A stretch of DNA of 57,181 nt, filler included, from Sphacelaria rigidula (taxonomy: Eukaryota), in assembly GCA_964200075.2 (NCBI GenBank). It is 4 parts of 4 records of this genome, joined end to end, with 100 filler letters (N's around TTAATTAATTAA, not from the genome) between each part and the next. Parts side by side here need not be neighbours in the genome. Positions count along the whole stretch, not along the records: positions 1 to 14,222 come from CAXNAA020002372.1; 3 more parts are not named here. One strand, given 5' to 3'. Under the pieces are notes generated by a model. The model did not search any database, had not been told where the DNA came from, and saw only the letters and a program-made list of their open reading frames with translations. Below, in pieces: positions 1 to 11,946 of this stretch. A program made the position numbers and the translations under genes. Positions within the stretch are counted from its first letter, which is position 1; every line of letters begins with the position of its first letter.

Positions 1-99
1 CTGTGTTGACCTCCCTCCTGGGGGCCCCCGGCTGATGCGTCCACATATACCGAAAGGTGTAGACCGGCGTCCAGAATAGATGGGACGACGACACACACA
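1..99 (+). mobile_element. 3' part of tRNA-derived SINE (same family as 10638-10999)
   Basis: Matches the 3' ~100 nt of the copy at 10638-10999 (CCACATATACCGAAAGGTGTAGAC...CA-rich tail); truncated by the contig start. Confidence 0.8.
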
Positions 100-124
100 G
101 CAGAAAACTGACATGACCATTTGA

Positions 125-495
125 AGGGTGGATCAGGCAGAGTATGTGCTGTTAGGTACCCGGGATGATACCCGGGTGTTTACCCTACCCAATTTTTGGG
201 GTGAATTGGGTACGATCTCAGTACTCTACCTGAAAAATTGGTAGAGTTGGGTATGATGCCAATGCTCTACCCAATAATTGGATAGGTTATCTCAGAAATA
301 CCCAGGTATAGAGTGTTACTTGGGTATGACCCCAATACACTACCCGAAGTCTGGGTTGAATTAGGCACGATGTCAATACTCGACCCAAATATTGGGTAAT
401 CCGGGAATGATCCCAATACTCCACCCAATAATGGGTAGTACATTTCAGTAATCTTCGGGTGTGAAGTATCAGTTTGGTATAATCTCAGTAACACT
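125..495. repeat. MITE-like element made of degenerate ~40-bp subrepeats (CAATACTCTACCCAAA..TTGGGTA)
   Basis: Repeated TACCC/GGGTA motif units; begins with an AGGGTGG.. terminus like the 5048-5340 copy. Confidence 0.65.
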
Positions 496-703
496 GACCG
501 TTGGTGACGCCGTGACGTCACTTCACGGACTACCTTGACTGTGAGGATGGATTATGACAACCAGAAACGATGAAAGCGTGGAGTTAAATCGCCCCCTATC
601 AGTAAATGATAACAAATCGTGTCCAGATTTCCGTTCTCAGGGCCAAGCGATCACAACCTTCGGGTATTTGAGTAGACGGGTAGACGGGTAGATGGAGTAA
701 AAA

Positions 704-1051
704 ATGAGCGACAAATCAGACCCCGCGTCTGATTCCTCGATGGGAGAACCAGCGTTAGGAACAATAATGGTACATACGGACGTGCCACCATCCCGAGGGA
801 GAACAGCAGACGCGACCGATAACCCAACGGCAGACGAGTACGCGAGGGGGTCGGAATTGACAGACCTGACCCCAACACAGTCTGCCGTGATCCGATCTGT
901 GCGGCTCTTCTTTGCGGCTATCACGTGTCGTGGTGTCTACTTGGATCGCGAACTGAGTAGGATATCGATAGCGTATTACTTACACGTATCCAAAGTGATG
1001 TCATTTTGCCTTACAGCATTTGTATTGTGGTTGTACAACGATACACTATAG
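704..1051 (+). CDS. Possible short intronless ORF (115 aa) with hydrophobic C-terminus; unknown function
   Basis: ATG in AAAAATG context, acidic/Ser-rich N-terminus and TM-like C-terminus; no recognisable homology. Confidence 0.2.
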   Translation: MSDKSDPASDSSMGEPALGTIMVHTDVPPSRGRTADATDNPTADEYARGSELTDLTPTQSAVIRSVRLFFAAITCRGVYLDRELSRISIAYYLHVSKVMSFCLTAFVLWLYNDTL

Positions 1052-1111
1052 TCAAGTATGGACAATACAGTGATGTCCGTGCTCAAATACAGTAGTAAGG
1101 TCAATCTTACA

Positions 1112-1878
1112 AGGATGGGTCGGGTAAAGTATGTATTTTTGAGTATCAGGGTATAAAACCCAGGTATTTACTCTACCCTAGCTTTAGGCAAGTTAGCTCT
1201 TCTAACCAAATATTGGGTAGAATTATGTACGATGCAAATACTCTCCCCGAAACTTGTAGAGTCGGATATGGTGCTAACACTCTACCCAAATATTGGTTAC
1301 TTTGGGCACGATGTCAATACTCTATTCGAATATTGGGTGACTGCTGTCAGCAAAGTGCCCTCAGCAATACCCGGGTGAGTATCACCTGGATATGACCTCA
1401 ACAGTCTACCCAAACTTTGGGTAGACTTGGGTACAATCTCAATACTCCACCCAACTTTTGGGTGATTTGTGTGATGTCAAAATATGCGCGCAGTACGGGT
1501 GAGTAATCTCAGTATTCCTCGGGTATAGAGTACCACTTAGGTGTGGCCTCAACACTTAACCAACGAAGAGTTGGATATGATGTCAACACCCTACTAAAAC
1601 CAAGGGTGAGTAATCTCAGCCATACCCGGCTATAACGCATCACTTGGGTATGACCTCAACAGTCTATCCAAACTTTGGGTAGAGTTGGGTACAATCTCAA
1701 TAAAAGTTTGGGTATCTTGGGTATGATCTCAATGTTCTATCCGAATCACGGGTGAGTAATCTCAGCTATACTCGGCGATCGAGCATCACTTGGTTACGAT
1801 CTCAGTGTCCACCCAGCTGTTTGAGTACGAAAAGTACGATGTTTCAAAATACCCGCGTATAGGGTATACCCTACCCGC
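1112..1878. mobile_element. MITE-like non-autonomous element with ~40-bp internal subrepeats
   Basis: Imperfect inverted termini (GGGTCGGGTAAAGTA ... TATACCCTACCCGC) enclosing many ~40-bp CAATACTCTACCCAAACTTTGGGTAGA-type units. Confidence 0.7.
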
Positions 1879-1939
1879 TTGAAAAAACGAACGGACATGG
1901 AAAAGGGCTGCCGGCTAGGAGGGCTGATTGAGATGATCG

Positions 1940-3490
1940 TGAACGAAAGACATTTTGCAGTGGAGAGAATTTTCTCCGTCGCAAGCCACTATACATACAC
2001 TAAAACATCGACCGCAACACTCCATTATATTTGTGTGTGCCCAACCCACCATGCGCTCGAAGCAGCACAAGAGTCGCTCCACAATTCGAACTTACCACAT
2101 GATTTTCATCACACATCTCAACCGAGTGGACGTGACATATCGAACAGCTGACAGTAAGCCGTTTTATCAGTGTCACGGAATGGGCGATGGAATCATCTTC
2201 GACAACCATCCCTCACGGATACGACGTCAGGATTTGGCTCTTCAACTTCGTGTACCTCAAGAGATCGTGTGTTCCTTTCGAAATGAGCGCCTAATTATGG
2301 GTAGAAAGCTCGAAATCACACAAGTACGAAATCGCAGCAAGGAGGCACGCCATGCCTCACCTACACAGGGCAACGCTGTACCGAACCACGATCCAGCGGT
2401 TGAAGTAGCCTTGACCTACACTGAAGGCGAGAGCTGCAGTTGCACCACCGAGACATGCATGTACCAGTCAGCCCGTGGTGGAGGTCATGGGCCTAACAGT
2501 CCTCAGTACTTTTGTTGCACTATTTTCATATTTAGGTGGGCAAAACGGTGCTCAAACGGTTACAGATACACTGCGAATAACCACGTTTAGAATCACGTGA
2601 AATGCCGTCACTCTCCCTCAAGAATGAAAGACGACACGATTTATCGTCAAACAAGGCACGCAATGCCTGATACAAGAGTGACCAGGCGCCGACTTGTGTA
2701 ACGTGTCAGGGCGCTCTTCGAAGAATGAGGTATTTCCTTCTTTCGACGTGAACCAAAAGGTCAGCAAAGATACGTGTGGCTGATTTGAAATACTGGGATG
2801 GAGCACGTATGGGTAGTTGCCATGACAGAACCGCCATCAAGAGACACATCTGAACCATCTGTTCGGATATTTGACCAGCTCGAAGTAACCACAATTCGTT
2901 GATTGACTTTGGACGACTTTTACACCAATTGGCCTGAACGGTTCGAAGGCCAGAGCGGGCCATCTGGGTAATTAATGCATTCTGTTCAGGTGAAAACGAT
3001 GCCGATGCAATATCTCATCCATCAAGGTGGTAGAGAGGTATCAAAAGGATACCTGTACATTTTGACCGCCAGAGTGGATCATGAGTTAAATCGACATGAT
3101 TTTCGCCTGACAAAGGACTGTAACAATCAGATGGGCCACTCTGGCGATGAAACGGTTGAGGATGAACGACCGATTTATTCCCCGGTGACCCCACGTCGAG
3201 AGTAAAGAAATGTATATGAATATTGAATATATTTACCATGGGGCACAGGAGTTTTGCTCCACGTTGAGTGGACGTCATCATAGGCCGAAGGTTAGATCGG
3301 TGGACGCCATCATCTTGCTTTTGAGACGGAACAACGTCAGACCTGCCCCTGACATTCGGCACAAAACACACGTCCACCAATGCACACTTTGTCCTCCGAA
3401 CAATGCACTCACTACTGTCCGCTATGAGTGCTTTGAAGAGGCGCATCAAACCTTGTCGGTAGCCACATTAACGGACATGAAAACATTGGC
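1940..3490 (-). pseudogene. Decayed, apparently intronless coding relic of unknown origin
   Basis: Minus-strand protein-like frames broken by stops and frameshifts (ORFs 2000-2209, 2618-2806, 2706-2963, 3015-3449); no family recognised. Confidence 0.3.
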
Positions 3491-4537
3491 CTGAGAGGCA
3501 GCAGCCAACCCGCTCGCTATTTATTCCCCATGATTTGATGGCGGTATCGCCCCGCTTCGATCTGCCGCGAGAGCTAAACAACTGAAGACAAACATAGTCC
3601 CGCAAAACGATTTCCGCAGTAGGTTTATTGTACTCTTCACCGCCATAAAACATTCCCCGCGCACCCCCGCCATTCTCACGTTTCCATGTACTACCTCTCA
3701 AGGGGACTCCACCAGGAGAGCATGGTCCACGGGAATACTCTCGGACGACTCGACGACCAAAGAGGGCCCCTCGGTCGCGCCGTGCATCGCGGACATGCGA
3801 ACAAATGACACCCAAGAATCGCGATGTGTGTGTATGTGTGTGCGTGTGTATGTATAGATGTGCACGACACATGACATGTTGCAGAAATCGAGAAGCAAGG
3901 GCGGGGATAACAGCCAATCGAGTGATAAACGGGGTAGCGAGGCAAGAACGATTGGCGGGTAAACAACAGGCAGCATAGCCACACCAACCGCATTATCTAC
4001 TGCCGTGCGTCATTGCCACACAGCACCTTGTTGTGGTGCAATGGTCTGTTTCGTTTGCCGTGGGAATCATGCCGAGTGTGCGACAGGTATGGCTCTGTAC
4101 GGTGATCGAAACAGGAAGTGCGGTGACGGGCGGTAGCGTTACCCCCGAGAACCGACGACACTACGTTGAAGCAACTGCGAGAATCATCCACCGACGATGC
4201 GCGTAGGCGGGGCAACACACAGCGCGCATTTACGTCTGGTGACGCTTCCCGAGAAAGTGCTCAACCGGGCCGAGACCAAAGACAGCCAGGCCGACACGAT
4301 AAGACACATGCCTCGCGATCAAAAGGAAACCGAAACCTCCAGTGGTTCATTACTTCAAGTCGAGCACAGCCCATCTGACGTGTTGGCGTCAGTGAGGTGG
4401 TCATACGGGGGCACTGGTACGACAAGTGCAACGGCACTCGAACAAGGGAATGATTGGACTCGGCCGGGCAAGTACACCCCTGACTGACGGAGCCCTCCGC
4501 GTGCCGTCCTGTTCGTCATCATGACGGCAAGGTACGC

Positions 4538-4932
4538 TACACAGTGTAGTATTGACTCTTCACCTGATCCCAGTCTGGAGCTCTGCCTCCAGTTCAGCGC
4601 GCTGAACAATAGCCCGAGCCTCGTCCACGCTCTCTGCCGCGTAGCCCATCTCGTCAGTCTCGCCCAGCAGCGAAGCTACGGCGACGCGGTCATCACTGCT
4701 GGTGGCTTTCTTGAGCCCGGCCACACACTTATCCCGCACAACTGTTTGGCCGGGCTCAAGAAAGCCATCAGCAGTGATGACCGCGTCGCCGTAGCCTCGC
4801 TGCTGGGCGAGACTGACGAGATGGGCTACGCGGCAGAGAGCGTGGACGAGGCTCGGGCTATTGTTCAGCGCGCTGAACTGGAGGCAGAGGTCAAGACTGG
4901 GATCAGGTGAAGAGTCAATACTGCACCGTGTA
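4538..4932. repeat. Long near-perfect inverted repeat (fold-back, ~190-bp arms, ~10-nt loop) of an exon-like segment; hpRNA/miRNA precursor candidate
   Basis: 4538-4730 is the reverse complement of 4740-4932 with only a handful of mismatches. Confidence 0.9.
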
Positions 4933-5047
4933 TGGTATTCCCCAGGTTTTCACTTTGTCTGCTAAAGACAAGGCGTAATATTCAAAATAGAGAATACTGT
5001 AGAACTTTGATTTCGATTTATTTTCGATTTCGATTTCAAAAGTTTTG

Positions 5048-5340
5048 AGGGCGGGTCGGATAGGTTATACCCAATACTTGGTTTTTTCGAAAACTCTTGC
5101 TCTTGGTTTCCAAACATTTCGGTAGAGTATTGAAATCGTACTCGAAGTACCCAAGCTTTGGGTAGAGTATTGAGGTCATGCCCAAGTGATACTCTATACC
5201 CAGGTATTGCTGAACGTGCTAACCCAAAATTTGTGTAGAGTATTTGAGATCGTACCCAATCTACCCAAACGTTGGGTAGAGTGAATACCCGGGTATTTTA
5301 CCCGAGTTTTTCAGAGTATGTACCCTACCCGGCCTGCCCT
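5048..5340. mobile_element. MITE with TIRs AGGGCGGGTCGG...CCGGCCTGCCCT and ~40-bp subrepeats
   Basis: Clear imperfect terminal inverted repeats; internal units are the reverse complement of those at 1112-1878. Confidence 0.75.
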
Positions 5341-5699
5341 TGGCTTTTTTCATCGAAACATGCGGAGGCAAGGCTCAAACGGGCCCTTGACTCCTATCTT
5401 GCAGACCACCTCTCCAGATACCGCCCGTTCTTCATGGTAGGAATCGGCGACGGCATTGCGTGGTCGGATGGACGACCGACTTGCGTATACTCATGACGAG
5501 CAGTGCAGGCAGTACGAAGCTGCAAGTTATTCAAGTCTTTTTCACGTCGCACTGTTGGCAGAGAGTACAGATAGTCCTGCGCTGTCTGCACTGCACGTTG
5601 CTCCCTTCTCTTTCACATCCTTCTGTACGAAAACAAAAGGCACACACACACTCAGGCACACTGTATCAATACAGCGCAGAGTGTACCGTACTGTAGTGT

Positions 5700-5860
5700 A
5701 TACAAGCGAACCAGTGCCGCTTCACGAATTTCACTGTTTTTTTCGATCAAAAGCTTGCAGATTCGATTGAACCCAACTCGCGAAAAATGAACGAATTCGC
5801 TCAAATCAACATCACCGCACTTTTTTCACGATCGAAGAATGATGTGCCAACACACGGCCT
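5700..5860. repeat. Dispersed repeat fragment homologous (inverted) to 48270-48425
   Basis: Reverse complement shares AAAAAAGTGCGGTG..TTGATT..GAATTCG..AGTTGGGT with the insertion in Gypsy element 2. Confidence 0.6.
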
Positions 5861-6213
5861 TACCCAATATCTGCGTAGAGTATGGGAATCGTACCCGAAC
5901 TACCCAAAATTTGGGTAGAGTACTGAGCACATACCCAAGTGATACTCTATACCCAGGTATTGCTGAGAGTGCTTACCAAATATCTGGGTTAGGTATTTGA
6001 GATCGTACTCAGTCTATCCGAATATGGGTAGAGTATTTGATATAGTACCCAATCTACCCAAAATGTGGGTAGAGAATTCGAGATCGCATACAACATACCC
6101 AAAATTTGGGTAGAGTATTTGAGACCGTATCCAGTACACCCAAACCTTGGGTAGACAAAATACCCAGGAATCTTACCCAAGTATTCGAAAGTACATGTCC
6201 TACCATCTGCCCT
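5860..6213. mobile_element. MITE-like element, same ~40-bp subrepeat family
   Basis: TTTGGGTAGAGTATTGAGATCGTACCCAA-like units, ending in ..CTGCCCT like the 5340 terminus. Confidence 0.65.
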
Positions 6214-6397
6214 TGGATTTTTTCTTGCTAAGATATTTCACCCCTCGGGGACACGATCTGGTAGTTACGGTCTGTTCACAGGTTGAAACATAATTGGTAC
6301 CAAGCGCCCATGAATGTCCCCTAGACGAACACAGTCTCCCGATGACTTAACTCCACTCGACCATTGCTGAACTACGATGCCACCCATCTTTCACCAA

Positions 6398-9300
6398 GGA
6401 ACGACCTACGCGCTGCACGATGTGTGTGCGTGCCTTCTCGCCGCTGCATATCGGCCACAACAGGCGAGATCCATTTCATAGCATTTAGGCGTGTTTCTGT
6501 GGTCACGATTAACAAGAGCAGCTCCTAGATGCCTTGCGCAGCGGAAGCTCGCACCACGTGGACACTCCTTCACGCCTCACCAATGCTTGAGCTAGTCTGT
6601 TTGAGACACGCACACCGTCAGTCAGGCGCCTTACCTCGGCCTCAAAGTCTCTCATCTAACTTCTCGGCTTGCCGAGCAGCAACACGGGGGCGACGTGTTC
6701 AAGGGCATGCTCGAGGATACGGACAGGCATGGACGGGAGGAGATGGAGCGCTCCGCACCCATGTACGGCCGACTCCAGGCGGACACCCAGAGCGTGCTGA
6801 ACGAGCACACCACCAGGTCCAAGCATGTCGAGGAATCCATGCAGGCTTCGCTAGAGGAGGAACGACAGAGGGCATTGTACATTGAGACCAGGACGCGAGC
6901 AGCGCTAGAGACGGTCATCGAGCTAGAGGCGGACGTGGCGCAGCGAGGGCTAGCTCTGCACCCATGTACGACCGACTCCAGGCGGACACCCAGAGCGTGC
7001 TGAACGAGCACACCACCAGGTCCCAGCATGTCGAGGAATCCATGCAGGCTTCGCCAGAGGAGGAACGACAGAGGGCATTGGACGTTTAGACCAGGACGCG
7101 AGCAGCGCTAAAAAGGATCATCGACCCAGAGGCGGACGTGGCGCAGCGAGGGCCAGCTCTGCACCCATGTACGACCAACTCGAGGCGGACACCCAGAGCG
7201 TGCTGAACGAGCACACCACCAGGTCCAAGCATGTCAGGGAATCCATGCAGGCTTCGCCAGAGGAAGAACGACAGAGGGCATTGGACGTTTAGACCAGGAC
7301 GCGAGCAGCGCTAGAAAGGATCATCGACCCAGAGGCCGATACGGCGCAGCGAGAAGCGCGCACAACGCCAGGTCCAAGCATGTCAGGGAATCCATGCAGG
7401 CTTCGCTAGAGGAGGAACGGCAGAGGACGCATCGGACGCTGAGACCAGGACGCGAGCAGCGCTAGAAAGGATCTCCCTGCGCGACGTTGGCCTCTAGCCC
7501 GGTGATCATTTCTAGCGCTACGCCACGTCGGCCTCTAGCTCGATTATCCTTTCCGGTACTGCTCGCGTCCTGGCCTCAGCGTCCGATGTGCCCTCTGTCC
7601 TTCCTCCTCTAGCGAAGCCTGCATAAATTCCCCAACATGCTTGGACCTCACAGTGTGCTTGTTCAGCACGCTCTGAGTGTCCGTCTCGAGTTGGCCATAC
7701 ATGGGTGCGGAGCGCTCGACCTCTTCCCGTCTCCGTCTGTCCGCGTCCTACAGCATGCCCTCGAGCACGTTACTCCTGTGTTGCTACTCGGCAAGCCGAG
7801 AAGTAGTTAAGAGATTTCTCATACTTCAAATGCGACGGTACCAATCCCTCACCACAGAACGACCTACACGCTGCACGATGTGTGTGCGTGCCTTCTCGCC
7901 GCTGCATATCGGACACAACAAGCGAGATCCATTTCATAGCATTTAGGCGTGTTTTAGTCACGGTTAACAATAGCAGCTCCTAGATGCCTTGCGTAGCGAA
8001 AGTTCACACCACGTGGACACTCCTTCACGCCTCACCAATGCTTAAGCTAGTCTGCTTGGGACACACACCCTGTCAGTCAGGCGCCTTACCTCGGCCTCGA
8101 AGTCTCTCATCTAACTTCTCGGCTTGCCGAGCAGCGACATGGGGGCGATGTACCCGAGGGCATGCTAGAGGACGCGGAGAGACGGAGACGGGAGAAGATG
8201 GAGCACTCCTCACCCATGTACGGCCAACTGGAGGCGGACACTCGGAGGGTGCTGAACGAGCACATCGCCAGGCCCAAGTATGTCGAGGGATCCATGCAAG
8301 CTTCGCTAGAGGAGGAACGATAGGGGACATCGAACGCTGAGGCCAGGACGCGAACAGAACTAGAGAGGGTCTGTGACGGTTCAAGAGACAACCAACTAGA
8401 CTGACACGTCAGCGCTGACTGGTCAGTAGTCTAGTTGATTGTCTCTTAAACCGTCACAAAAGTTTCCGTCACAGGTCATCGAGCTGGAGGCGGACGTGAC
8501 GCAGCGAGAAGTACGCACACCGCCAGACCCAACCATATCGAGGAAGCCATGCAGGCTTCGCTAAAGGAGGAACGACGAAGGACATCGGACGCTGAGGCCA
8601 GGACGCAAGCGGCACTGAAGAAGATAACCGAGCTAGAGGTCAACGTGGCGCAGTGGAGGCCGCTGCCCCACGTTGGCCTCTACCTCGGTGATCCTCTCTA
8701 GTGCTGCTTGCGTCCTAGTCTCAGCGTGCCATGTCCTCTGTCGTTCAGACCGTGAAAGCTAGCGTGGAAATCGCCACGTTGGCCTCTAGCTCGGTGATAC
8801 TCTCTAGTGCTGCTAGCGCCCTGGCCTCAGCGTCCGATGTCCTCTGTCGTTCCTCCTCTAGCGAAGCCTGCATGGATTCTTCGACAGACTTGGGCCTGGC
8901 GATGTGCTCGATCAGCACGCTCTGAGTGTCCGCCTTGACTTGGCCGTACATGGGAGCGGAGCGCTCCATCTCCTCCCGCCTCCGTCTCTCCGCGTCCTAT
9001 AGCATGCCCTCGAGCACGTCGCTCCTGTGTTGCTGCTCGGCCAGCGGAGTTAGATGAGAGACTTCAAACGCGGCCTCCCGTGCGGCAGCCTCGGGACTGG
9101 CTTCCATTGCGTTTACACGAGCGGTTAGCGTCGCTTTGCAGGCCTCGGCGAAGCAACGTAATTGTTCCGTGAATCGAGACCTCGCAGTTTACTGTGCTCT
9201 GGCGAAAGCGAGCTGGCGGTGGGACGAGCCCTGCACTTGCCGAGAAGGTCAAGGGTTGCGGAGGTTTCGAATGCCGTCGACTTCCGCGCTTGCTTTCACG

Positions 9301-9411
9301 GTCTGCTGGGTATTTTTTGGTGTGAATCAAACCACGTATAACAACATCGACCATCAATAACACAATGGCGCAGAGGGCATAGATAACGTCAGAAAGACTG
9401 GCGTTGGTCAC
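6398..9411. repeat. Rearranged coiled-coil gene relic: tandem ~200-bp repeats in both orientations, whole unit duplicated (6398-7817, 7857-9065)
   Basis: Repeats encode EEMERSAPMYG..QADTQSVLNEH..HVEESMQASLEEERQR..AALE..IELEADVAQR; forward blocks at 6645-7475 and 8099-8660, reverse blocks at 7480-7817 and 8670-9065. Confidence 0.8.
8372..8473. mobile_element. 102-bp palindromic mini-transposon, TGTGACGG...CCGTCACA termini, 4-bp TSD GGTC
   Basis: Interrupts the repeat unit CTAGAGAxGGTC|ATCGAGCT; GGTC is duplicated at 8368-8371 and 8474-8477; 8372-8458 is an internal palindrome. Confidence 0.8.
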
Positions 9412-10637
9412 TCGATGGTCATGGGAGAACGTGGAGTGATCACACCAAAGATGTACGCATTACATGAGGCACACAACACGCAAACGCACTCTTCTTGATT
9501 TCTGAACCAACTCTTGAGGATACACAGAGGTCAGTCGTTTTCCTTACAAGGCAAAAGTGACGCGACGGTGTTCCTGCTGACAACCCGCGATGTTCATGTG
9601 CTTCTCAACAAATAGGAGAGAACGGCGCTTTCAACAGTCGCAAGATCCCGTGGAATTCAAGAAATGTGCTCCGTGTAAGGCGGCCACAAACGGCAACGAA
9701 GACATGTATTCGTGTAGGCCTTCACGTCCTCTAGAGATTCCGCCTTTTTCTTCAAACCTTGCCCATTTTGGCCAGCATGCGCACAAGTTTCAGTTGGTGG
9801 TATACTTGACAAGAATCGTTTTGAACGTGTACAGCACCGCTGACCATCGCACCTGACTTGAGAGCATTATAAACATAACGAGGTGGACTGTTTTCTCGGA
9901 CATCGCCCATCTCGTTGTGGACAGCATGCAAAGCTTCCGCACGGCTTTGACTAGAAAAGAAACGACCAGCTCCGAATAACCAGGAGACGGCGGAGAGGGA
10001 AGAAGGAGCGGGTTTGCAAGAAACGCCGACACAACTGGCGAGATGGGTTGCCCCAAACCTGGTGATCATCAACGTTCCCTCGTTCCAAGCATTCCACATT
10101 CGCACGTGCCACAAATACAGCTTGCCGGAGGTGAGCAGGAAGCAAATCTACGGCGGTACTATATTGGGTAAAGTGCGGTTGCGAAATTGAATCGTGTATG
10201 GTGATGGGCGCCTATTCGAAGAGAATCATGATCGAACGCAACGGGAGCATCTGAAGGAATCGATTGTGGCCGGTCCGGGCAGCTGCAAAGCTCTAGCGAA
10301 GCGTCAGGAGTAATGGAACCCAACGTCTCGAACTACAATATTTAAAACACGATGAATCTTATCTTTACAGGGTATGAACAGGAATGGCGGACCTTCATAC
10401 TTCGGGAATGTTCATCTTCCGACCACGAATCTGAACAAAAGGCTCACGCGAAGAGAAGACATGCTGACCTTCGCTTGATTGGGTCGACTGCGAATTAACT
10501 TTCCGACCGTGAATTTGCCACTCCTTGCTGACAGTGTATTTGTTTCGAAGTCTGTTCCTAAAATCGGAGAATAGTAGCCACCATACAAAGCAGGGTCCAG
10601 TTTGCAAGCCACAGAGACGCATAATCTGCTCGCCGCA

Positions 10638-10999
10638 GCCGGTCGCCCCGGTGGCTCAGTTGGTAACCTCGAATCCTCGTGACGGTTAGGTCTTATGGGT
10701 TCAAATCTCGGAGCGATCTGGGATTTCTTCTCACACCATGCCCAACAGTGGAGAGCGGCTATGTCGTGGGTACACAAAATTCAACTCAACGGTTGACGAG
10801 GGGAAGGGACTGCTGAAACCCTCTCGCGATAAAAACATGAAGCCAAGCACCGCAGAAGGAATGTAGGGTACTCAAGACAAATAAAAATAAAGAAACTGTG
10901 TTGATCTTCCTCCTGTGCGACCCCGACTGGTGCGCCCACATATACCGAAAGGTGTAGACTGGCGTCCAGAATGGATGAGACGACAACACACATACACAC
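10638..10999 (+). mobile_element. Full-length tRNA-derived SINE
   Basis: 5' head with Pol III A box (TGGCTCAGTTGG) and B box (GGTTCAAATCT), unique body, GAAA-loop hairpin and CA-rich tail; five copies in the window. Confidence 0.85.
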
Positions 11000-11549
11000 T
11001 TCTGATTTTCTATTACAAAGATACTCCGATCTAGACCTCTTTTCCCATTTTGCCCCGCCTCCGTCCCGTCTGCGGCGCTTTATTTCATTTGCTTTTGTCG
11101 GGGATGGTGGCTTGTTGGGGAGAGTCCATCGATGGGCCAGCTAAATCAGAGACGATCTCGTCGGACACGTGTGCGATTCGAGCGCTGTTTTTTGCGTTGT
11201 GTGCTTCAAACCACAATGCATGTTTCAATTACTTCGCTTTCCGGAAACGTTCCACGCTCGGCACACCAGGCGGCAAAAATATATATTTTTTGCAGAGCTA
11301 CAATGAACGCTTCAAGAGTTGAGAAGAAAGGAAATTACCTTGTAATGCGTGGCAGGGGTGCGGACGTGTATGCGGCGCCTGAACAGGGAGGGCGTCGCTT
11401 AGACGCACGATTTTCTCCTTCTATTGATGTTTTGTTTCATCAAGTGTATCCACATAGAACAAAGGAAACGAGGATGGGTTGCCTATGGTCGGTAAAATTT
11501 CGTCGAACGCCCTGACAAAAATCGGGGCTTACACCTAAGCGACCACTCT

Positions 11550-11946
11550 GATGCGAGGGTAAACGTCCACACAACTCAAGTGCGTGAACAGCAGTCAGCA
11601 CCTTGGTTCAGGTAGGTAGCAGTAGTCTTGACAGGTCTAGAACACGTTTCGATTATTTTACTTCACCCTGTTTACTCCTTCAGACTCCACTCAATCTCAT
11701 TCAGTCACACAATAACACACGTTCAACCTCTCCCACTCAATACCACACACACGGACTCACCACATACACTTATATGCAAACCGCCAGAGCAAGGCGGACA
11801 GGTGGAACCCAAAGCCAAGATGGACTGACGGACGTGGGCGATGCCTAGCTCGTTTGTCTGCGCGTGAAGTGAATTGTACTCGCATAACCCATGTCATCAG
11901 ACACTATTCCTCTGATTGGCCATAATGATGCTCCGTAACCTCAACA
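11550..11946 (+). mobile_element. Probable LTR fragment
   Basis: Ends GCTCCGTAACCTCAACA followed by TGG, similar to the end of the LTR at 13173-13624; 5' boundary uncertain. Confidence 0.35.

Noticed and set aside
30-75. Hammerhead ribozyme (CTGATG...GAAA) in the SINE
   Set aside because: The core is CTGATGC rather than CTGANGA, is not conserved in other copies, and GAAA is the loop of a simple hairpin.
1112-1878. CRISPR-like ~40-bp periodic array
   Set aside because: Units are contiguous degenerate tandem subrepeats without unique spacers, inside TIR-bounded elements.
10641-10720. tRNA gene
   Set aside because: A and B boxes are present but the cloverleaf is broken and the sequence is the head of a multi-copy SINE.
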